From Blasia pusilla (lineage: Eukaryota): 64,000 nucleotides of DNA. The stretch is taken from assembly GCA_050084515.1 (NCBI GenBank), contig CM114271.1:14694001-14758000 (forward strand), given 5' to 3'. Position 1 is the first letter of the stretch, and every line of letters begins with the position of its first letter. The notes beneath the pieces are model-generated. The model saw only the letters and a list, made by a program, of their open reading frames with translations, did no database searches and had not been told where the DNA came from. Positions 55,077 to 64,000 of this stretch are shown here, one piece after another. The position numbers were made by a program, and so were the translations under genes.

Positions 55077-55555
55077 TGTCATGACCATACGGATTATGTC
55101 ATAGAGTATAGGGTGCTAGTAGAGGCCATACCTTATGTAGGGCTGTAGTGTCTAGGTAGAGATGCGGTTTCATACATAGGGTTGGGGGTTACTCCGTTGA
55201 GGGTGAATTTTCCAGTAGGGCCCGCTCTTAGGTTGGAGGATATACTGTGGAGTGTACTCAAAGAATTGTTAGTTCTTTGAGTTGAGCCTGTTGCGTTAGG
55301 AGTTAGCCTTGGTAGTGAGTAGAGCTCTTGGTTATGGTGGTTCCCGCAAGCTTCAATCTGGATTTTCCCATCATGAAGTGGGTTTGGCTCAATTGTATGT
55401 GATTCTATATGTGTTTTATGACAGTAGGTCTTTCACTCAAAGAACTAAAGTTGTGGTACACTTGTGTTTGTGGATGCTCTCGTCTATGTTATGTATGTAT
55501 GTGAGTATGATATATCAGCGATGTATGTTGTATGATGATGTGGATTCGCACGCCA
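55077..55555 (+). mobile_element. Miniature B-PBS-A derivative of the DNMT/PHD gypsy family
   Basis: B at 55077-55435, ctcaaagaacta at 55436-55447, A at 55452-55555; flanks cagg / tagg (4-bp TSD with one C>T). Confidence 0.8.
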
Positions 55556-57084
55556 TAGGCCTCCTATGTTTATAAGGGGAAGTCCCTTGTTCCTCGAAGA
55601 GGATCTCATTTTTGGAGCTCCCACAGGATTTGGGAAATACCCTTTTTCTGATAACGCAGGGTGTTCCCCCACTGGTAGGGAGTCTTTTATTGCATCCTCG
55701 AAGTCGGGAGTGTGCTCGGGTGTAAGTCTCTCACCCCAAGGAGAAAATTTGTGGAAGTGGGATTTCTTCCACTTACTCAAATGCATACAGTCCTCTTGGG
55801 AAATCTGTGACCATTTGGAACTCTCCAACACTTGGAGATCACCTGACTTTACACCATAGTGCTTTTTTGATGATGTGGTCTTGGTAACGCTTTTTCCCTT
55901 CCCTTATGTTGACTTTTTCCTTGTGATCCTGGTTGCCATTCTATCTCATTCTTTTCTGTTGCTTGCTTGCTATGCTTGTAGGGTTGAGTCGTTGTTGGCT
56001 TAAAAGGAAGGGACGGGGAGCCGTTTGCGGCCTATCGAGCTGAAGCTGAAGTCGAACCTGAAGAAGCCTCTCGAGCAAAACCTGAAGTCAAACCTGAAGG
56101 AGCAGAAGTTGAAGTCAAACCTTTAGCTAGCTAGCGTTGTTGCAGAGTGGAGGTGTTGAAGTCGAGCGATATTCAAAGATATGTCGAATACATGCATTAT
56201 GGCAGGTAGATTGACACGTTTAGTAGAGCTACTTGAAAGCTTACCCTTATCGACTACAATCGTAAAGCTACTTGAATAATACATTAGTGTATAGTAGATC
56301 TGCAAGATCCCTAACACAACCTACTATATAGTTCTTATCGACTAAAGAAATGAACCTTAGTAGCTTAAGCCTCTCTGGCTTATGTAATACGAAACGCATT
56401 TACCTCTTCCAAGTAACGCCTCAAAGTGCATGCACAGAATGGAGTCTGTCAATTGGATGGAAGCAATAAAATTTTTTTTTGGTAAGCTCAAAACCCTAAG
56501 CACGATATATGACAACTCTTTGAGAAATGGGAGGGTGTCTACATCGACGGATATCCCTTGTCAGATCGTAACTGTTGGGTGGTAAAAAATTCAAAAAAAG
56601 CCGTGAGACCACTTTGGTGCAGATCTATGGAGGATCCATGAAAATCAAAAACCATAAGACTCACATGGGAAATACGCGTCCCAAGCTCCCCTCGAAACAC
56701 GTGCCGCAAAGGAAGGGAATCACATGAGAGGAACGCCCGAAATGGAATAAAGCATACTTTCAATTGTGTAGAGTGCCACCAGTCAATAACGCGAGGGTTT
56801 GCACTACAAGAGTGCATTGGCACTTAATAGATAGATTAGAGAGTGCTGCCTTGATTTTCAAACATCTCTATGCTTGACATGTGGCAACCGGGCAGCAAGA
56901 AAATGTTTTCCATTCTACGGACAATAATGAGTTGCACACTAGTATTATCAAAAGAGAATGGGGTTTGGTAACCCCTTCCTCCTTCTTTGACACTTAAAAC
57001 ATTTTGGCCTCTTGCGGTGTTGATACTTGTAGTGTTTTCCATGTGGCTTAACATGTTTAGGTATAATAGATGATTTAAGAGATG

Positions 57085-57664
57085 TGTCGTGTGAATCCAC
57101 ATCATCATACAACATACATCGCTCATATACCATACTCACATACATACATAACATAGACGAGAGCATCCACAAACACAAGTGTACCACAATTGAAATCCGT
57201 GAAAGACCTACTGTCATAAAATACATATAGAATCACATACAATCGAGCCAAACCCACTCCACGATGGGAGAATCTAGGTCAAAGCTTGCGGGAACCACCA
57301 TAGCCAAGAGCTCTACTCACTACCAAGGCTAACTCCCAACGCAACAGGCTCAACTCAAAGAACTAATTGTTCTTTGAGTGCACTCCACACTATATCGTCC
57401 AACCTAAGAGCGGGCCCTATTGGAAAAATCACCCTCAACTGAGTAACCCCCAACCCTATGTATGAAACCGCATCTCTACCTAGACATTGCGGCCCTACAT
57501 AAGGTATGGCCTCTACTAGCACACTATACTCTACGACATAATCCGTATGGTCATGACAACTGTCGTGCAAATCCACATCGTCATACAACATACATCGCTG
57601 ATATACCATACTCACATACATACATAACATAGACGAGAGCATCCACAAACACAAGTGTACTACA
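57085..57664 (-). repeat. Composite 3' terminus A(57561-57664)-gt-B(57191-57558)-at-A(57085-57188)
   Basis: Two 104-bp A copies flank one 368-bp B copy; every segment begins TG and ends CA. Confidence 0.92.
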
Positions 57665-57839
57665 ACTTGCTCCCCTAACTGGCGGTTAGGTCCCTCTAAC
57701 TCCCAAGTAGCCCTATACATCTACTACATGCTATACACCTTCTTGGGTGCACGAATCAAAAGGCCGGGTGCTAGGTTGCCCCATCGTTAGTTGCATATCT
57801 GTAATCCATATCAAGCAAAGATCAATTCATCAACCTCTC

Positions 57840-58133
57840 CTAAGTACATCGAGGACAAACCCACCTTCCAGTAGGAACAACATCCACATGTGGAGTCAAA
57901 CACATCATGTGCCAACCCCTAGAACACCGATCACACACCAACATACGGGCTTCGTTACCAGCAGACCCACACAACATGCACCTCAAGCTAGCACGTATCA
58001 TGGCTATGCTTGGGTCAACAGTACCATCCACATTTGGAAGATGACATGGCGCACAATTACGCACATGGTCCTTCCAAACAACTCCATCACGACCCTCCAA
58101 CATGAGAACTCCAGAAGCTAACACCTCGCGCAC
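57840..58133 (-). CDS. Integrase C-terminus ending in a PHD finger
   Basis: CMLC-x11-CDRC-x4-H-x2-C...WVCPRC, a complete C4-H-C3 pattern directly after the integrase C-terminal region. Confidence 0.9.
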   Translation of the reverse strand: MREVLASGVLMLEGRDGVVWKDHVRNCAPCHLPNVDGTVDPSIAMIRASLRCMLCGSAGNEARMLVCDRCSRGWHMMCLTPHVDVVPTGRWVCPRCT

Positions 58134-61100
58134 TCATAAAATAGTGCGGCCTGCCGTCACATCCAACGTTGTCGGTGCAATCTGCTGCAAATAGACATAG
58201 TCCCCCACATGGAACCTACAAATTGATGGTTGATAACTTCCACTCCGAATGGTTGCATACCGCAACGTATCCCTGTGTTAAGCAATGGCAAGATTCTCAA
58301 AGGCTATTGGCATAACTCTCCGAAAGAGCTCTGCCCGCTGAGAACACACTCTCATCCACATCTCTTGGTCATTAAGGTTCACCACCTCACTAGACTCCCA
58401 ACGAATTGCTGTTGGCAAGTCTGGATATCGGCCGTATAATAGAAAATAAGGTGAGAAGGAAGCCAAGGATGCTTGGCGACTGAACCTATACCCCATGGCT
58501 AAACATGGCAACTGAATATCCCAGTCTCCAAGATGCCCCTTTTGTAGGCCATACTTGCGCAATGCCCTTTTCACCGTCTGAACCACATGCTCAGCCAAAC
58601 CATCCGCCTCTGGATGATCTCAAGATGTGGTCCGATGATCAATCAACGCCTTGTCACACAAGACTTGAAACTCACCCTGAAACTCTGTACCTTGGTCGGT
58701 CAACACTTCAGCTGGTGCACCAAAATTACTAAGCACTCTATCAAGAAATGAATATGCCGTTCCCTCACTTGCCTTATCAGGTAATGCCACCAACTCAATC
58801 CACTTGGAGAAGTGCTCCACCATCACCAACACATATTGATGATGTCGTATAGTCAACGGTAACGGTCCCGCAAAGTCCATACTCGAACGGTAACCCAACC
58901 CCATAATAGGCAAGGGGTGTAACTGTGATGTAGGGGCATTGAATGATGCCCTCACCCGGTCACAAACCATACAACATGACACCAACTGCTGCATCTGAGT
59001 ATGCATGCCACGCCACCAATATTGACCAAGGAGTAAGCCATACGTACGCTTTACCCCAAAATGTCCCAACTCCTCATGGGCATGTCGCACAATGCGCTCT
59101 CTCTGAGCCAAATGCAGCACTACTCGTACTCTACCATCCTCCCACACACAGAGAATCTGTGTTCCCTCCAATCGATACCTCTTAGCACGATGAAGAACAT
59201 GGTCTCGCTCCTTGGCTCTCACTATGCCTGGCACCCTACTGGTCCGTAGGAACTCCAACACCAATGCATCATCATGAATATCACGCTGATCCGTACCACC
59301 ATCTCCATCCTTAGGATGTGAAGGCTGGCCATCTACCCTCTGACTAGAGTAAGATGTCATGTGGTCCTCCATACTAGAGTCCACCCCTAACCAACATAAA
59401 AAGGCGAATGCATGCCAACCTGGCACCATCTCCTCATCAACCTCGTCATGCCATCTAGCCCCAGTTGCATCCTCTTGGCTAGTACATGGGTTCCTACTCA
59501 ACCCATCAACATCAAGGTTGGCAACTCCAGGTCTATGTACCACATGGAAGTCATACTCCTGTAAGATAAGAGCCCACCGTGCAAGCTTCCTTGTGAGCTT
59601 GTCAGACTCCATCAACCACTTGAGCGGCTGGTGATTAGTAACAAGGTAAACTGTGTGCCAAACAAGTAACACCTAAAGTGTGCCACAACCCACACTAGTG
59701 CCAAGCACTCTCCCTCATATGAATTGTAGCGCGACTCCGCTGCATTATTCGAACGACTTGCATAGGCCACCACAAACTCCATGTGCTCATCATCATGTTG
59801 TGTCAACACCGCTCCAAGTCCCAACCTACTCCAATCAGTATGTAATTGAAATGGGCGCCCTCTGATAGGTCTCCTCAAGATAGGCGCCGCCACCAACTAG
59901 GCCTTGAGCTCCATAAAAGCTCTCTCCTGATCATCTCCCCAGTGCCACTCCTGATCTGATTTCAACAATTGGTTCAAAGGCTTTGCGATAGCACTAAATC
60001 CCTTCACATACCTCCGATAGTAGTTCGCCAATCCCATGAATGCCCGAACTCTACTCACATCTATCGGACGAGGAATAAGTGCAATAGCCTCCACCTTTGC
60101 TTGATGAACTCCCAAACCACCTGGATAGATCACATGACCCAAATACTCAACATCCTCATGGAAGAACTTACACTTTCCTGGATGCAAACGTAGACCATGA
60201 GCTTTCAACCGCTCAAACACCATCTGCAAATGTATCTGATGCTCCTCCACCGTGTTACTGAACACCAACATATCATCAATGTAACACCGAACAAAATCCA
60301 ACCCTGCTAGGATCCTGTCCATCACTCTCTGAAACTCGGCAGATGCATTCTTCAACCCCAAAGGGTAAGAATTTCCACTAGTACAAACAATCCTTGCCAT
60401 GAGAGTTGACACCCCAAAATGTTGTCTTGGCCTTGTCACTCTCTCGAATCGGCAACTGATGATATCCTGCCCGAAGATCCAAAGTACTGAAAATCTTTGC
60501 CTGTGCGACCACATCAAAGATCTCCTCAAGTGTAGGCATGGATTACCTATCAACCTTGGTGTGCCGATTGATAGGACGGTAATCTCCACACATCCGCCTA
60601 TCCGTGTAGTTGCCATGCATTTCCTTTTTAGCAGGCATGAGAGTGGTTGATGCATACTCTCCATGCGACAACTCCACTAATCCAGCCTCCAAAAGGTCCA
60701 ACGTCCTACTCTGAATCAGATCCCTCTCCATATCACTATATCGGTAGGGACGACAGAAGATTGGTGTATCACTAGCCAAATCAATCCGTATACCGGGTCC
60801 AACCAAAGCACCCAAGTCCTTCATGCTAAAGGCAAAACAACTCCTATAAGCACGTAGGAACTGTGTCAAGCGTTGTTTCTCACCTCTCATAAGCTTGGGC
60901 CCAAGTAATGGCTCCCAAGTCTCCTCCACTGGCACACTAGAGAGAGAGGACGATGCCATTTGCTGCTACGCAACCCCCTCACAAGATAGTACACCCTTAG
61001 CTACACCATCATCTGAGCAAATAACTCCTCCAGCAGCATGAGCAACCAACTCCACATGCCCAGCCATTACATCCCATTTACTCCAAGGATGCAAAATACT

Positions 61101-61209
61101 ACTCTCCTCGCCCCCAGCCGATACCTCTACCATCTCGGTAGCCATCGAGCTCATCACAAGGGGTGGAAGACCCACAAACATAGTCCGAAGTCCACGCTGC
61201 TCGGCCATA

Positions 61210-62160
61210 CCAAGACTCAAAATCCAAGTCAAACAATTCAGGTCCATGGCGTGATCCAACACATGACGTCGTGAAGCCTTAGAAATGGAAGCAACCGCTG
61301 TCACACCAGTAGCAAATCCCATCGCACGCTCTCTCTCATGAGCATTAGGCTCCACTAACTGTCGCACATGAGAATCCCATACAAGCCCATGAACACCTTC
61401 CCTGTAGGCATATGACGAGGAAAAACTCACAAATGTGGGTAGTGCCATCCTAGGCTGGCCCACACGGTTCACCACTTCCATGGGTGACCGATCAATAACC
61501 CTCACCACTTGAGAAAGTCGCCCAGTATCCAAGATACTATCCATTGTAAGGCAAGGATCCCACTGCACTGCATCATATGCTCGATGTAGAACCTCCCTAG
61601 GCAACAAGTTTGTCCACCACAAGCGTGGACGATGTGCACGCGAGCCAACTCGCGCTGCATCCAACAACACTGTTGGTCCAATCCAAGACCGCACCTCATG
61701 AACACTCGCCATCATCCGGGTCCGAGTGTCACCCAACAATGGAACATTCTCCAGAATGTAAGCTGGAGCACATGCCTGATGAACCTGAAGATGTCGTAAC
61801 ACCCGTAACATCTCCCAAAACAATCAAGACCTAGGATCGTGTAATCCCTCAGCACGACCAACACGTGTATGACCCTAACATGGCCATCCAACAATCACCA
61901 AATCCACAGGACCAACCCTCTCAAGGTCCTTTGCCCCCAACAATGCAATGTGTGAAGTCAAAGCACCCTGGTACCCACGAATAGCTGATGGCGGCAACAA
62001 CTCACGATATCTCCGCATCAACTGACCGATATGTCGAGATGAGACTCTCTAGGCCGTCTCATCTCGCTCCACATACATGTATCTCCGCACAGGAATACCG
62101 GTCTGCAACACTGCAGCCAAACCAGTGCTAATCCCACAAAAGAGATCTAACACACAAATG
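61210..62160 (-). pseudogene. DNMT3-like C5 cytosine methyltransferase domain (single frame, three point stops)
   Basis: ICVLDLFCGISTG, YMYVERD, GPVDLVIVGWPC*G, LFWEMLR, YILENV, LLDAARVGSRAHRPRLWWTNL, ERERAMGF, RRHVLDHAM. Confidence 0.93.
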
Positions 62161-62989
62161 CCCTTCGGCGGATACTGCCATACAATGGGTTTAGTATCCA
62201 AAGGGAATACCCCAACAAGACCAGAAATAGGAGTCCACCATGGGGCCTCATCTTCCTTGCGAGGTATAACAACCTCACACCAAGCCTCCTGCACTAGGCG
62301 ATCAGCCTCTTGCCATAGTGCACCGCCTAAACTCCAAAGTGGCACATCCAACAATGAGGATGCCACTACTGCAAAACTAGGGACCTCCTCTACCTCCGGG
62401 GGTTGGTATTTTGACAGGAGAGAGTAAGAGAGGAGAGGAAGAGAGGAAGAGAGGAGAGTCTCTCTTAAAAAAAAAAGGCCAAATCCGCCTCCTCTCTTCA
62501 AAACTTTTTGACATATTTGAAATTTTTGTTTGCTTTAAAATTCAGGAAATCTTTAGAAGAGAGTATTTAGTGGTCCACATTTGGCCCTAAGAAAACCTCC
62601 TCTTTCTTGGGGGCGAGAAAAAAGGAGACATCATAAGACCACCCTAAACATTTTTCCATCACTCTCCATGTGAGCCTAAGTTTCTTAACATTCCCTGTCT
62701 CGGTCAACAAAAAGCAGTGCCCTTGGTATTTTTGTTGGAGGACCACCCGGATGGGTACCTCTCTTTTTGCAGGTATTTTTTCCTGCATTATGGCCTCCCC
62801 TAAATTTCCCCATAACCAACTTTCTGTCGGTTATGAATGGTGTCTGCTCAAGATCAACTTTCTGAAATGTGAACAAATCAGATCCTAAGGCTGAGAAACC
62901 GAGAAGCTGCACCCCTCCCAACCCGTAAGAAAGCTCACCATAAGAAAGGAAAAGATTTTTAGAAGTGATTTTCTTCCATCCTGCACCCA

Positions 62990-64000
62990 CGACGATCTAA
63001 CGGGTTGGGAATCCGAAATGGCAATCCGACAGGTAGTAGGAATCCTGCATATCTTAGACAAGAAAAGAAGCCTACAACTGGTTGGACGAATGAAGGGGAA
63101 CGAGCCAAAAGTCAAGAAGCCCGCCACAATGCGTCAAAAGTTGGTCTCACCGGGATCACTCAAGCAGTCAACCTGTCGGAATCCGACAAGTTGCCTGGAA
63201 ATGGTTAAAAAGTTGAAGTGGGAAAAAAACAAAAAGTCGGAATCATACGGGTTGCAGAATTGTAATTCTGAGTATCTAAAAGAACACAATCCACAAGTCC
63301 AAAAACAGATTCCAGCAAACTTTTACAAACACCATTATGGGTTGAAAAAATCTCGTCCTTTATTACCTCCGAAGGAACCTCGGAAATGTACATTTCACCT
63401 AGTCTATGATTTCTTCAGCCTCGTCATCTACAAATTTACTCCTAACTCTCCTCGATGACAGTACCAAAGGAATGTTTTGGGATTCAAGTGGCTCCTCTGG
63501 CCGATTGTAGACGGGGATAGAAAATGTTGGCGAATTCGAGAGCCTTGGCCCCCCCCTAGGTACACCATAACGGTCCCATGTAACCTATCTCGAGTCCCAC
63601 CGCCTTCCTAGGCAGTATACCTTGTACGCTCTGCAATGTGACACCCATCCAGTATCAATATCTGCTCCGTCCCCGGTAATACCACTATGGCAACCGCACA
63701 GGTAGAAGGAATCCAACACGTCTGAGAGAAGAAAAGAAGCCTACGCCTGCCTTTACGAGTTGAGGGGAAGGTGCCAAGGAAGAAGCCCGCTAGATCGCCT
63801 CTTAAGTTGGACCAACAGGAAAGGTCCGATCAGGCAACTGTCGAATCGAATCAGGACGAGTTGCCTGGAGGTGGTAAAAAGGGTGCAGTGGTCAAAAAGC
63901 GAAAAGTTGCAAGGAGGAGAAATCCGACGGGTTGCAGTGGTCATAAAGTGAAAGTTGCAAGCAGGAGAAATCCGACGGGTTGCAAAGTAGAAGTCCGTGG
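62990..64000. repeat. Degenerate direct repeats of an unclassified element
   Basis: 63020-63260 resembles 63690-63940; recurring atccgacgggttgca-like motif. Confidence 0.6.

Larger units (their letters stand above)
57085..62420 (-). mobile_element. Ty3/gypsy retrotransposon with DNMT3-like MTase-RT-RNaseH-integrase-PHD (copy 2), 5'-truncated
   Basis: MTase at 61210-62160; RT (RMCGDYRPIN, GLKNASAEFQR, CYIDDML); RNase H (LHTDWS, YEGECLA, TNHQPL); integrase (HEELGHFG..CMVC, SMDFAGP, LTDQGTEF, AEHVVQT); PHD at 57846-57980; PPT at 57665-57676; terminal repeats A-B-A at 57085-57664. Confidence 0.95.

Overview
Repeat-dense plant nuclear region (spliceosomal introns, a nuclear gyrB fragment, heavy C>T decay; probably a non-seed plant, but the host cannot be fixed from the sequence). 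It consists almost entirely of nested, decayed transposons: four Ty1/copia elements, several Ty3/gypsy fragments, CACTA, hAT, an APE-type LINE and a Helitron, plus a gyrB pseudogene. No intact host gene was found. The main observation is a Ty3/gypsy family present as two diverged copies (4.3-7.6 kb on +, 57.1-62.4 kb on -). Combined, they give the order gag(2xCCHC)-protease-DNMT3-like C5 cytosine methyltransferase-RT-RNaseH-integrase-PHD finger. The family's terminal repeats are also unusual. They are split or permuted (B...A-B-A and B...A, with CA-nn-TG junctions and apparent 4-bp TSDs), and the primer-binding site is complementary to the element's own LTR rather than to a tRNA. Domain calls come from motif recognition by eye, not database searches.
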